Source of the DNA: Neoconidiobolus thromboides FSU 785
Lineage: Eukaryota > Fungi > Entomophthoromycota
Direction: 5' to 3'
Length of the DNA stretch: 64,000 nt
NCBI GenBank assembly: GCA_025603075.1
Contig: MU626371.1
Location: 4,276-68,275 of the forward strand
Shown: piece after piece, positions 1 to 13,634 of the stretch
Layout of the letters: the number at the start of each line of letters is the position of its first letter
How positions within the stretch are numbered: position 1 is the stretch's first letter
Made by a program: the position numbers and the translations under genes
Notes under the pieces: model-generated
The model's input: the letters and a program-made list of their open reading frames with translations, nothing else
Databases searched by the model: none
Told to the model about the DNA's origin: nothing

Positions 1-273
1 TTGAAAACGTTCCACCCTAACATTTGCATTTGTATTAAAATTTACTCCTGAGTTGAATGGAGTTTGGACATTGCCCGCTATCCCTACCCCTTTGCCCAAG
101 GATTCTGCTAACACAGATTGTGTATTGCCATTATTAAATGTATCTTGTTTAAACAATGCCCCATCGGTATTAGCATGACGATCTAATTCTTGATTATAAT
201 TCAAATTAACATCCGTACCAATACTTAAGATAGTTTTTAATATAGCCAAACATGGAACTAAATAGAAAATCAT
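1..273 (-). CDS. 5' part of a putative secreted protein, running off the window start (MIFYLVPCLAILKTILSIGTDVNLNYNQELDRH...)
   Basis: Manual translation: ATG at 273 and 91 stop-free codons to position 1; hydrophobic N-terminus; not in the ORF track because no stop lies in the window. Confidence 0.55.
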   Translation of the reverse strand, partial: MIFYLVPCLAILKTILSIGTDVNLNYNQELDRHANTDGALFKQDTFNNGNTQSVLAESLGKGVGIAGNVQTPFNSGVNFNTNANVRVERFQ

Positions 274-1386
274 TTTTGTAATAAACAATGTTATTGTTAT
301 ATTTCATTATATATTACTATTTAATCTATCATATCATTTTAATAAGATGCATCAGTACTTTAAAGATAAAATAACTTTTAAATAAAATTCAAAACTTAAG
401 GGTGATAAAAAGTTTGTCTGCAAACGGTTAAGTTTATTAGTAAGTTGTCTATTTTAAGTTAACAAGTAAGTGGGGATGAAATTCTATAGATTTATTTCTA
501 CAATTTACTAGCATTTAGTTAAAATATAAAAAAACATACTAGTTTTAATTTTCTAATTAAATGATATTAAATCATCTGTTAATATTTTTTACTTTTATTT
601 AATGTGATTCATTTGATAAATTAAATTTAAAAATTGATAAATTTAAAATATCTGCTTTCACATGATGCTATTAAAATTTCAGAACTCTAATTAATAAGAG
701 TATCAAAGCTAATCAATTTCAAGCCAAGTATTGTTATCTAAATCAATTAACTCATTCATGAACTTCATGTGTAAAATACTCGTCTATATTTTGATCCTTG
801 ATTCACAGTATTATTAATATTATATTAATAATTCTACGAGTATTTCTTACAATTTGATAATAAAGAATGAATCATAAAGGTTGTATTTTATTTTTAGCTG
901 TTATCTGAAACATCAATAATAATTGGATTAAAACTAAAACTTGTTTCAGTTCAGAAAACTTCTAAAATTTTGATAAAAAATATTACCGAAATTAACTTTT
1001 TGATTGGACAGGAGTAATATCTTGATTTTTTTTTCAAAAAAAGGTAGTTACAAATTAAATCAATTAGCATAAAGCTTTTACTAAGCTACAGTTAATATTA
1101 AAAAGAACAGTTAACTAAAAAAAACAAGGTTCAAATGAAAGGATGAATTTTATTGGTCTAATATATAGAAATCACCTTTCTCGCACCACTTAAACTCATT
1201 TAAAATTAAGAGGGGAAAATGAATTTGGTAACAAAACTTGGAAAATACTTCGATTCTTATTTGATAACTTTACATACCAAGTAAAATGTATAGTAACACC
1301 CTTACTTTTAATTAAATAATTGTAAAAAAAAAAGATATATAAACATTAAGTTTCCATCAAATTTAATTTAATTTCAATCTTGAATT

Positions 1387-2655
1387 ATGCAATTAAAAAA
1401 AAAATTGAGCTATAATTTATTAAATTTATTCCATTCGAATAATAACGAGGATAGTGCCTCCACTAAACATATTACTATCAATGAAGATCAACCAACAAAA
1501 CATACTAGTAAACAATTAAAGCCTACGCAGTCTTTGAATAATTTAAACCATAGTTCATTTAAAGCTGTGTTTAATAAATTGGTGCCAAATAAAAGAAATA
1601 GTGTTATACAACCTTTACAACCCAATGTAACTCTTGAAGCTCCTCCTTCCCCTACTTTATCAGCCAGTTCTCATATCACCAGTTCTTCCGATTCTTCCCA
1701 TTTTAATGACTTAGATTACCAACATGAGGGTAGTTTACGTTCCATACCTTTACAAAAGATAGCCTCTTCCCCAATCTCTTCAGTCCAAGGTAAAATTTCC
1801 CCAAGGACAAGATCTAATTCACATACAACAGTATCAAGTCAAGGCATTGCCTTAACTCATTCTAGATCTCATTCTTCATCCCAAGCAGAAGAAAGTTTAA
1901 ATGAAAAAAGTACCAAGGTAGTGAACAAAAAGAGTTCCTTTTCAGCTAATTTATCAAATTTATTTAAAAGTAATAAGACGCCATTAGGAGGAACATCCAC
2001 TAAATCAATAGAGTTTATGAATCTTAATTTAAAAGCACCCGATATGGAAGTTTATGAGCCTTTTCAACATAGCTTAAGCTCAAATCATAAATCGGTAGTT
2101 AATATAGAAGAAATGAAAGCCAAAAAAATGTTTTTTTATTTCAAATTAATTAAAGAAAGTTTATTAATTGGTCAAAAGGTTACCGATAAATTATATATAC
2201 CTAAACAAGTGTGGTATCAAAATAACGTTAGCTTATCTAATATGGATGAGAAAGTCAAAAGATTACAATTATTAACTCAACATTTTAATAACTTAATGGA
2301 AAATGATTTTAATGAGTTATCAAGTGTTAAATGTAAATTAGAAGCTTTGGGTAGTAGTATTACTAACTTTCAAATCATCAATAAGGAAAAGAAAAAGAAT
2401 GATGGTTACACCTTGACGGAATACTCCAGCATTTTATTAAATTTTTTAATTGAAAGTCAACATTTTGAGACCACTTACCTTTATCTATTAAAATTAAAAA
2501 AATGTCAAAATACTCAACAAGTTAATAATGTCCTTCATCCTATTCATTGTGTTACTAATTATTTGATCCATACTTTATTAAGAGAATTATTTAGTGACAT
2601 TACTATTCTCTTAAATCATTATCTATCCTCTATCAATACTGATCTTCTTATTTAA
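1387..2655 (+). CDS. Hypothetical 422-aa protein: Ser-rich disordered N-terminus plus C-terminal helical domain
   Basis: Long intronless ORF; the segment KLYIPKQVWYQNNVSL...EKVK resembles a conserved uncharacterised fungal domain (recalled, not searched). Confidence 0.75.
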   Translation: MQLKKKLSYNLLNLFHSNNNEDSASTKHITINEDQPTKHTSKQLKPTQSLNNLNHSSFKAVFNKLVPNKRNSVIQPLQPNVTLEAPPSPTLSASSHITSSSDSSHFNDLDYQHEGSLRSIPLQKIASSPISSVQGKISPRTRSNSHTTVSSQGIALTHSRSHSSSQAEESLNEKSTKVVNKKSSFSANLSNLFKSNKTPLGGTSTKSIEFMNLNLKAPDMEVYEPFQHSLSSNHKSVVNIEEMKAKKMFFYFKLIKESLLIGQKVTDKLYIPKQVWYQNNVSLSNMDEKVKRLQLLTQHFNNLMENDFNELSSVKCKLEALGSSITNFQIINKEKKKNDGYTLTEYSSILLNFLIESQHFETTYLYLLKLKKCQNTQQVNNVLHPIHCVTNYLIHTLLRELFSDITILLNHYLSSINTDLLI

Positions 2656-2829
2656 ACCCTTTAACTCTATATGTTTATGCTATAGTATAGTATAATTTTG
2701 TATATATAAATATTATTTGTCTTACAATCTTTCCCCAATGTTCATTAATTAATAAAAATAAAAATTTAAGTTAGATGTAGTTCTTATTCTTTAGTGTTTA
2801 TTATTTAGCCTAATTATTTTCATATAGTT

Positions 2830-5250
2830 ATTTATATGCTAGTATCTAGAATTGGGATACTGATATGAGTAGTGTTACAATAATATAATAAAGAATAAAT
2901 ATGAAATAAAAATAAAGGTCACAAATCGAGCATTAAAATAAAGGAGCATATAGAAAACCTCCTATTATTATTCAAAAATTATATAGAAAGTTAAACCTTA
3001 ATCTTAGTGTCACTTCCGCTTTACAATCTATTGTTTTTACCTTATATTTATATGCTATTATATTAGAATAGTGATGCTATTGTGGGTGGTATTGTATTAA
3101 TACAGATAAGGAATAAACTACAAAAAGATAAATCTTATAACCAGGCATTGTTTATGGAAGGTATATAAAAAACCATATCGTTATTTGAAAAACACGAGTT
3201 TAAAAACTTAATCAAGTATCACTTCCACTATAAAATGTACCAATTTTTTATTAAAAGCTTTTTCGCATGTTTGCTAAAATCTATATTCAAGTTTGATATC
3301 TCTTATTCTTAATAACTTATTTATTTCTATATACTTGTTTATATGCTATAATAAAGAATAATAGATTTTGATGTGGGTGAGTACTATGATAGAGTAATAA
3401 AGAATAAACTAAATTAAAATATACAGAGTTAGATTGCGCACAAAAAGAGAAGGCTTATAAAACCACTTATTATTTAAAAAAATATGTGGAACGTTGAAAA
3501 GTTTAATCTTACTACTATTTCCACATTATAATATATTATTTTCCCACATACTTCCTCCCATTGTTTATTAATCAATATAGATTAAAGAATAAAAAAATCC
3601 TCAAACTAGCTACTTTATTATCATTTAAGATATTATTATCTATTGAATATATGTAGATATGTGAAATAGAGTGCTTGACATGGGTAGTTTTAGTTTAATC
3701 AAAAACATAATAGATTAATTAAAGGTAAAGTTACAACCGTATAGTTGACAAAGGAAAAACCATAACTAAAGCTACTTACTATTTGAAAAACAAATGAAAC
3801 AAGTAAAAGGAGTAAAAGAATAGACACTACTTTTGTTATATAATGGATTATTTTTGTACTACGTCCTGCCTCTCATTGATCATTAATTTGTGAAAAATAA
3901 CAGCATATAGACAGTAATGCAAAAATGAGTAAACTAAATAACAAGTTATTAAGAATAGAAAACTATATACATTTAATAGAATAGAATAATAAAATTTGAT
4001 GCGGATAAGTGTTGGATAAAATCATAAAGAATAAACTAAAATAAAATATGTAAAGTTATAATTACGCATAAAAAGAGAAGGCTCACACAAAACCACTTAT
4101 TAATATTTTAAAATAGATGGAAAAGATAAAAATAATAGTGTCACTTCCACTTTATAATAATTTATTTTCACTTTGACTTTGTCAAATCCTTGTAATTTAA
4201 TTCATTATATGGGGATGTATTTTTATGTTTAAAAATTTTACTAACAATTTTTCCACTTAAATAGCGCTTAAAAATGAAAAAGATAATGAAGTCAAAAAAA
4301 TACTCCCATATTTTATATTTTATATTCACATTCTCCTTTATTCACTCTTAAAAAGTAAAGCATTTGGGGTTTTATCTATTCAAGTTTCATAAAAAAAAGT
4401 TTAATAGTATAAAAATAAATTATTGTATAGGATGATTCACTTGATAAAGTGAAGTATCATAATAATATAAATAAAGTTTAAATAAAAGTTTAAAACTTGT
4501 AATTGGAAGCATTGAAAAAAGCACATAAGAAACTGATAATTAACAATTGAAGTTATACAAGATTAAAATAGCTTGGTTATAATGTTACTTTCATTTTAAA
4601 ATGTAATATTTTCATTATACAACTTTTTCTAAATGTTTGTTAATATAAATATTCAACTTCAATAGTTTTTATTATTCTCAACTATTAATTATCTTAACTA
4701 TTAACTATCTGAATTACATATTTCTAGAACTAGAGTAACTTGGAGGGTCCTTCTTAAGTATGTAAGCCCTTATTTTTATATTATTGTTTATATGCAATTA
4801 TATTAGACTAATATATCTAGATGTGGTTGAGTATTAGAATAATATAAAGATAAATAAGAAATAAAAGGATAAAAGTTACAATTGAACCATTGTTAATATA
4901 AGGTAGAGTGAAAACTATTTATTGTTTAAAAAATTGTATCGAAAGTTTAATCTAAATGTTATTTCCACTTTATGATATATCACTTTATATCAAACGCTTT
5001 TTCCCATTTTTATTAACAAAATAAAAAACGTTAAAATCAGATATACCTTTTTATTTTTAATAGCTTATTATCCAGATCATTTATTTTTATATTATTGTTT
5101 ATATATTAATATATTGAAATAACAGATTTAAAGATGGATAAGTATTATTATAAGCAAAAACTAGTATTTTAAATTCAAAGTAAACGTAACGATCCTTACA
5201 TCAATCATGAAAGATATACATAAAACTACTTATCACAATCTTATAAAAAA
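2830..5250. repeat. Degenerate tandem array of ~200-bp units (about 5-7 copies)
   Basis: Recurring ordered motifs TATATGC (2833, 3049, 3340, 4789), AAAGAATAAACTA and (G/A)T(G/A)TCACTTCC(A/G)CT (~3007, 3216, 3514, 4138, 4957). Confidence 0.7.
4208..4310 (+). mobile_element. ~105-bp MITE-like element, copy 1
   Basis: TATGGGGATGTATTTTT...central AAATAGCGCTTAAAA...AAAAAAATACTCCCATA; imperfect terminal inverted repeats. Confidence 0.8.
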
Positions 5251-5723
5251 ATTACAAAAAGCTTAAAAAGTTTGGTTCTTAGTTACAAAAATGGCGGAAG
5301 TAAAGTATAAGAATATGTTTTCAAAAAATATTCTAATTAGGATATTGGGGTGAAAATCCAGAGATTAGAAGTGAATTTACTATTCTTTTATAAAAATTTT
5401 AAGGGATTGATAAAAAATATGTCATTTCTAAAAATAAAAATTATTGAAGGACATGGTTCTTATTTGAAGAATTAATGAAGCTTTTGATGTAATTTTTAGA
5501 TCCACCTTAAACATTGCAAAATTCTGATTTTTTTAATTTAAAATTTTGATGCTAATTTTAATAAAATTTCAAACAACCCCCACCCCCCTCGATCTTAGCA
5601 ACTGGTTGAAAAAAAAACATTTCGAAGTAAATCATCCCTTTAAATCTCATAAATTACTAAAATCCAGTTCAACTTCAACTAATGCCCTTAATCATCAACT
5701 TCCAATTAATCTCAATACGATTA

Positions 5724-6805
5724 ATGGGGTATAAGCCACTTCCTCAATTATTAAATAAAAAAATCAAATCCTCTTTACCAACATGGAAACAAATACGGAA
5801 AAAACAAGTAGTACATTTATATCGCGATTTATTAAAATTAAGTACTCAATTTCAATTTGATATGTATCGAAACTATATACAAAACTTTACAAAAGAAAGA
5901 TTTAAGTTTCATAAATTCCAATATGATAATATAAAGTTAAAATTTTTGATACAGGAGGGGATAGAGGTAGGTAATGTTTTTTTGAGTGTTGGATTATAAT
6001 GAATTAAAATAGAGATAGGTGAAAGAGAGGCTAGAGAAATGTCTAAAGGGAGATATAAGTGAATTGAAATTTCTAGACGACTTGGTTTGGGGTAGAACGG
6101 GTAAACTGAAACAAATAGTTGATTGTGTAAGTTTGAATAATATTAGTATCTTTATTGTATTTTATTGTTATTTTATACTTTATTTTATACTTTATTTTAG
6201 ATAAAACAACATCCCAGAGTAATTATTTATTAGATTATTCAATTTTTGTATTTAAAAATAACATAAAAGAAAGATACTCATCCACATCGATCTATCATCG
6301 ACTTACGTTCTAAATTATCAAAGATGAGATACCCATATTTAAAAATACCATTAGATCCGAGAGTATATGAACCAGAGATTAAAGAAAGGCCAAAGAAACT
6401 TAAACAAGCACCTAGTGCTAAAGGATATTTAGTAAAAACCTCATTTGTTTATACTTTTATCAGATATCAAAATCGACCTCAACCTCATTGGTTTTCAATG
6501 ATGTTAAAAAATCGATTATTACAAAGGCAGAAAAGAATGGACTTATATAATAGATTGAAAATGTATTTAATATTTAATCAAACGGAAATGATGTTTCTAC
6601 AGCTATGTGGAGATGCGGAGGGTGTAAGGGAAATTGAGGAATTGAGTAGGTGTATTTTAGTTTTTTATTTGTTATTGATTAATCTTTTTTAGATGTGTTG
6701 CTTAATGATACAATACAGAAGCTTGAAAATGAAAATCAAGAATTACATCAAAAATATAAAGAGATTGCTAATAATTTTAAATTTCAAGTAAAAAAAATAG
6801 AATAA
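5724..6805 (+). CDS. Mitochondrial LYR-motif (Complex1_LYR-like) protein, multi-exon
   Basis: VVHLYRDLLK LYR motif near the N-terminus; downstream exons FLDDLVWGRTGKLK and PQPHWFSMMLKNRLLQRQKR joined by GT-AG introns. Confidence 0.7.
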
Positions 6806-6977
6806 CAGTTAGTTTTATATTGGAGTATAGAAATAAAAAATTAAGTTAATATTTTTATTTGTTATTTTATTAAGTCAATTTCCAAATTTGGTAAATCGAT
6901 TTTAAATATTTTTTTCAGTTGTTTTAACTTTATTTTTAATGTAATCAAAATCTTCTTTTTTAAACTGAATCAAAAGG

Positions 6978-8469
6978 ATGGATAAACGGAATAATAGTAT
7001 AAATCATTTTTCAAGTCCAATAAAGGATGAAGTAGAAGATAAAAAAGAAGATATAAAAAAGCAAAAGATATTTCAAAGTGAAGAAGAAGAAGAAGAAGAA
7101 AGTTTTTTTTTAAATCTAAAAACTTCATTTAATAATTCTATTAACTTGTCTACTTATCAACAAAATTTAACTCAAAACCAAAATAAACAAGATAGGATTT
7201 TAAAGGTGAGTTATTTAAACATTAAGATAAACGATGGTAATTGGTATTTAATAATATCATTTACTACTTCTTAGATCAATCTTTGGCTACAAGAACTGTT
7301 CGATGATATACCTTATTATAAAAAAGACGAAGAAAGTATATTAATACTAGAACAAGAGATGAAAGAATATCGAAAAAAAGAAACAATTTATTATCAAGTT
7401 AATCAATATTATCAACAAAAAAGTGAGGAATATGTTGAGCAAAGTAAACTTTATTTCTATCTATTTTAATTAAGAAGAAAGCTCAATGTTATTAGGTATT
7501 AAACTAAAAGAAAAATTACAATTGATTCATTTACTTGATGAGGATTTAAGTAATATTGGCCAATTATGTTTAGATTCTTTAGTGAAGTTAAGTATTTTAT
7601 TAGATACTAAAGATGTTGATATTGAAAAGTAGGTTATTTTATTATAATTTAAATAATAAGATTATTTTTTTATATCTTATATATTAGTTTACAATTAGCT
7701 ATCTCTTATCATCAAATAGAACTATTCAATCAAGAAAATGAAATTGATAAGATAGATAATAAATTAAATCAAATGGAAGATATTATGAAGCGTATTAAGT
7801 TTGAAAATGGGAAACTAAAAGAGTAATTTAATTATTTAATTAATTTGATTTATTTTTATATTAATATTAATGTTAGTTTAAAATTAAATTTAGAAACCAT
7901 GAATGAGTTAATTAAACACAAAACTCAAACATGGAAAAAAGATAGTTTTAATTTACAATTAAAAGCTAATGAATATGAAAAAAGAGTGAAATTTTTAAAG
8001 GTAGGTTAAATTTATAATACAATATGGGGATATATTTTTGTATTTGAGAATTTTGCTAACAATTTTTCCACTCAAATAGCGCTCAAAAGATGGAAAAAAT
8101 AACCAAGCCAAAAAAAACATCCTCATATAATACATCTTAAACACTATTATTAATATTAATATAAATTTAAAGGTAGATTGGGAAAATAAAAATTTAGACG
8201 CCAAAGAATTAAGGATAAAAGATCTAAATAAGCTAAAAGAACAATTAATTATATTAGAATCTCAATTAGCTACCTATCATTCCAAAATAAAAATTTACCA
8301 TGAATTACCACCCGATTTAAAATTAGTAAGATATCAAATTGAAGAAAAAAAAGAACTATTAGTAAGTTGATATATCTTTATTATTTATAGCTAATAATTA
8401 ATCTCATTTATATAGAAAACGTTATTAATAGAACAAGAAAAATTAATTGAAAAATTAATTTTATTTTAA
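6978..8469 (+). CDS. HAUS1: Augmin/HAUS complex subunit 1-like, multi-exon
   Basis: Spliced peptides INLWLQELFDDIPYY, DLSNIGQLCLDSLVKLSILLDTKD and YHELPPDLKLVRYQIEEKKELL match recalled HAUS1 motifs; coiled-coil character. Confidence 0.7.
8023..8127 (+). mobile_element. ~105-bp MITE-like element, copy 2, inside the 232-nt HAUS1 intron (8001-8232)
   Basis: Same consensus as copy 1; the host intron is about 4-5 times longer than neighbouring introns. Confidence 0.8.
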
Positions 8470-8630
8470 ATTATCTCAATCTTAGTACCTATCTTCTTTT
8501 TGTATAAAAAAATAAACTCACTCCTAAATCGTTACGATAAATCAATAATAAAAACTTAAATTTATTTTAATATTAGTAAATAATATAAAAAAAATGATGG
8601 GTTATTCTCTATAAGATTAATAAAAATACT

Positions 8631-9290
8631 CTATGATTCATCTTGGGCAATTTTTTCGGCTTTTTTAGCAGCTATTTTAGCTTTACGAGCTAACTTTCGT
8701 TGCATTCGATCATAGCGTTTAGCTGACATCTGTATTAATTTTAAAAGTAGTTAATTAATCAAAGTCTAATTTAATGGCTAAGATAAAAGTTTTGTTACCG
8801 TATTTCTCAATGCTTCTTCTTTAGTTTTAGCTTCTTTTTTAATACGTTTAGCAGCCAAAGCTTCACCACGAGCCTAAAAAAGAGAGATTTTATCAATGAA
8901 CAACTTCAAAAACCCATTTCTACTCTTGATCCCAAATCCTGTTTATATGAATTTCAATCTTTTTTCAATCTACTTACTTTTTTCTTATTTTCAGTTTCTT
9001 CTTTTAATTGTTTTAAATGCTCTTTCAACATGGCTTCTTTTTTTCTTTCCTCTTCTCTTAGTTTCCAGGTATTTTTACCTAACTTTAATTGCATGTTTCG
9101 TTGGCTTGGTTTTCTTGAATCTTTCCATACTCGACCTATTAGAGATATTTAATTAATTTATAAGTTAAGAATAACGAGTGAATGTGGCAATGAGAGAGGA
9201 AGGTTTATTATTATCGAACTTACCAGATACTCTAGTTAATGGTGCAGAATCTTTATTTTCTTTAATCTCACTAATTTCTTTGGTATCCAT
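8631..9290 (-). CDS. CGR1: rRNA-processing protein Cgr1/CCDC86-like, multi-exon
   Basis: Spliced RVSGRVWK motif followed by a highly basic coiled coil (...MSAKRYDRMQRKLARKAK...). Confidence 0.7.
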
Positions 9291-9424
9291 TTTGAAATGT
9301 TTGGAATTTTTAAGTGGTTAGCAAGAACTTAATTTTTAAATTGGATTTTATACTTTTTAAATTGCAAAAATTGAATCCAATAATTTCAAAGCAAAAAGTG
9401 AAGCATGTTTTTTTAGAATAGCTA

Positions 9425-9526
9425 ATGGGGGTGTTTTTTTTGACTTCATTACTTTTTCCATTTTTTAAGCGCTATTTGAGCAGAAAATTTGTTAGTAAAA
9501 TTCTTGAACAAAAATACATTCCCTAA
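9425..9526 (-). mobile_element. ~105-bp MITE-like element, copy 3
   Basis: Reverse-complement match to the consensus (TTTTTTAAGCGCTATTTGAGCAGAAAATTTGTTAGTAAAA). Confidence 0.8.
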
Positions 9527-9879
9527 TGATAAATTATTATAGGTTGATATCTTCATCTATTTAACTTAATAAATATGATCATTTTCAATAATATATTATA
9601 ATAGGTGTTAGTAAGAATGTTTTTAACTAGAGATCCTTACCATTTTCTAACTGATTTAATTTTACTTTTCTTTTTTAGCAAAATAAAGCTTGCCATTTTT
9701 AGTCAAGGACAAAAATATATTGATTTAACATAAAAGTAATAAAATTATAAAATATCAAATAGCTCATTTAATAAAAATATACGATAATAAAAAATAATCA
9801 TTTATTTACTAATTAATAATAATAATTAATTTATTTATAAAATCTCTTTAATCTTCCTCATCACCCATCTTCCTATAAC

Positions 9880-12800
9880 TTATAATATATCACTCATCTC
9901 TTCTTCTTCTAAATCTGGAAACAATTGATTTTCTGTATTTGACCTTTCTGTATAATCAAAATATTCCACTCCGGCTTCCCCAATCAATTTGGTTAAAATA
10001 GGTAAATCATTTCTAGTTTCTCTAGCATTAATAGAACGATTCATTATAGTTTTATATAATCCTAATTTTTCCCCAGCTACTAATTCACACATTTCAAATG
10101 AGCGTAAATAATTTCTAGTAAATAGAATTATTAAGTGATTTGTTTGGGATTTGAATTAATGAACTTACTCTGGTATTATATCCTTTGTTTCAGTTAATAA
10201 TTTATATAATGAAAATACCATTTCCGGAATATATACTTGACGTAAAATACTGATTTCTTCTTTAACATTCATATCTATTTTTTTATTTGTTAGTCAATTA
10301 TTTCTTATAATTTATTATATTGATTTTACTCAAGGAACCAAAATGTAATGAACTAGCTGAATTAATTGAACCATCTGGAAAACAATTTAACATCCAATCC
10401 GAATTTAAAGCATATCTCAAGGCAAGTTCAGTTGAACAAGTGATATCCTAATTTAATAATTCAACATAGTTAATATAATTAACAAACAATAAAAATCCCA
10501 TAAAATTACTTACTTTAGCTTCAATTTCCCATTCTTTATATTCTCTTCTAAAAATCACCGTTAATAATTATAAAATAATAAATCTAAAGTTAAATACTTA
10601 CGCAGTAAATTTTGGTTTACGTTTCATTATTAAAATCCAACGATCTAATTGTCTAAAAGCTTCTAAACAAATACCATAATTTAAAAATTCTTGAGCTGCT
10701 AATATTAATTGTTTAGAGGATTCTTGAGTTGGATCTGATTCAGCATCTGCTTTCCATTCCGGTAATACAAAGTTTTTAGGCATTGATTTTAACAATTGAT
10801 CTACTGCCCATAATTTTCCGGATACTAAATAAATAATAAATTAATTCGATCTTAATATAATATATCTACATTTCTGTTTTATACTTACACATGTATTTTC
10901 TACATAATTGATTACATAAAATGATAGCTTCTGAATAGAGAGAAGGATCACTAGTAATCCATTCAAAAGAGCGAATTTGTTTTGTAATAATATCATCTAC
11001 TTTTTTAACTAAAGTAGAAAAATCAAATTCACAATAGTTAATATCTTCTTGAATGGGTTCAAATGCTCCGCTATTTTGTAAACATTTTTGAGCTGTATAA
11101 ACTAATAGATTATCATGATTTAATCCATGAATTGTTCCATAATTTAAACATTCTAAACGCTTTTTTAAGGGGCCTTCTAAGCCTAATTATTTATTGATAT
11201 TAATATGATTATGATTTTAACTTAATCAATTGATTATAATTGTTGTTACCTGCTAATATATCAGTATATGTTTCTAATTGCATATGTCGCGATAATTTAG
11301 AACAATAAAATATTGCTAGTCGAAGCTAAACAAGTAGTTTTAATAAAAAAAGCTTAAAAGGAAGTTAAAAATATTTACTTCTTTAATATTCATCAATCGA
11401 AATATATAACATCTTAATATATTATCTGTAGTTTCATTAATACTCATTATATCAACGGATTGTAAATAGATAACAATTAAGGATAATAATCTTATGTGTA
11501 CAGTTTCTAATCTAATTTTCAAAAAATAATAATTGTATATTGCTGTTTAATAAAAAATATACAATAAACTTACTTATTGGGATAATTAAATCCATGTTCT
11601 TTTATACTTGTTGATATTGTATCCAAAAAATTATCCAATGTATTTAATATAATATGTTTGTTTAATTGACTGTAAAAACTAGATGCCTTTATATTAATTA
11701 ATCGATTACTGGATTGTTCTAATTTCATAAAAAATTCGGTTTCATCTAGTTCGACTTGAGGTGGTCCAGGCAATGGGCACGAAATTTCATTTTTGCGACA
11801 TAATTTTAAATACTAAATAAATTAAAGAATCATGTTTTAAATTGAACACTAAGATTTAAAATTAAATATTGTTTTACTTTTTCAACTTTAGATTCAATCA
11901 TACAATTATAATAAGCCCATAAATAATCTTCCCAAGTTTCACATGCTGATAATATCTATCAAATTATAATTATAATTAAAAAATAAAAAATAAAAAATAA
12001 AAAATAAAAATATAATATAAAATTACATTATCAAGATCGCCACATAAAACACCATATAAAGCACGTTCATAAACATAGTTTTTGGACTAAAAATATTAAT
12101 GACTTAATATATATTCAATTATACATTTTTTTACATCATTAGAAATCATATAGCAAGTAGCCTTCCATAAAGGTCTATTAAAATTACCGCCTGCTTCTTC
12201 TTCTTCTTCTAATTCATCTTCACCTTCTGACATATCATATCCACTTTCTTTTTCCATTTCATAACTTAACCCATCATTAAATTCTAATTCTATAATTAAA
12301 TATTAAAAACAAAAAATCTAAATAAAATTATAATTCATGATTTTTTTTACCAAAGGAAGGGTCTTTGAAATATAGACCACCTTGAATTGAAGCAGCTCTC
12401 CAAGGCTGATCCGAATATAAAGCTAACTTGAATGCTTCTTCAATTTTACCTCGACGTATAAGGAAGTATAACGACTTCAATAACTCTTTTTCATATTTCT
12501 AATTTTATATCAAGTTAATTAACAAGTTAAGAAATTCGAATTTTTACTTCATCTTCAATATGTAATTGTTTTGATGATCTATATGGAGCGTCCGGATCTA
12601 GTTCATTTACATGGTCATTAAATATTGGTTTTAATTGTCTTGTATGAGCCGATAATTCTGCTCTTGTATATAGCCAGCCACCCGTTCTAGGTTCTATTTT
12701 ATTAAATTCACTTGCTATTTCTTCTAACCAAGATCTTACACACTATAGTTTAAAATATAAAAAAAGAACAACATTATTATTATAAAATTCAAGAAAATTG

Positions 12801-13324
12801 ATAAAACTAGTTACTGAAGCTTTTGATATTTTCCAAGAGTTATCAAATAGATGTTGCATTAAGGAAAAATCCGTTAATGGAAATTCAGTTTCGGGGGGTA
12901 ATATTTCATTTTCTTGTTCCACAGCTTGTAAATTGTTTTTTATAAATCGTTCTTGACATATATGTTTAATTAATTTCCATACATTTCTTTCTTCCAATAA
13001 TCCTGTATAAATAGAATCTGAATTCTGTATATTTTCCAAAGATTTACCATTGATACTAAAATAAGTAAATAATTAGTTCAAACATTACTTTAAAAATAAT
13101 GAAATAGTTTACATTTGGTCATAATGATACTCAAAGTTCTCGGCCAAATCTTCAATGTTCCCTCTATTACCTTCAAACAATGAATCGGCTTCAAGTAATA
13201 TTTGAATCAAAGATACATCTGCATCATAATATTGTGTGAATTTAAAATTAGTATCATTTTCTTGAATAATGTTGGATCTTTTTAACCAATTTGTTATTAT
13301 ATGATATGTATTGGATTGGCTCAT
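9880..13324 (-). CDS. NUP84: Nucleoporin Nup84/Nup107, multi-exon
   Basis: Exon peptides LLEERNVWKLI, ELDPDAPYRSSK, LIRRGKIEEAF, RPLWKATC, YERALYG, TWEDYLWAY and IIPEMVFSY are typical of the Nup84/107 family; 3' end uncertain. Confidence 0.85.
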
Positions 13325-13634
13325 TATTATTTTTTTGAATTTTTAAGAGTCAATAGAATTTGATTTTTTTTGAAAAATAAAAGCTTTTTTGAGTGATGTT
13401 TTTATCATTTTTAGTAGCCAATTAAATGAATATTAAAATATTGGACTTGATTTTGTTGTCGTTCAAGCTGACTTATTTGATATTAAAAGCTACGATTGTT
13501 ATAAGATAGTTTTCAGTAATACTACGTTTATTATACATAGTATATACATTATTAAAAATAATTATGGCCTTTTATTATATTAGTTTGGAATTCACCTAAA
13601 GCTTAAATGTTATTATATTCATTCAATTTGAAGT

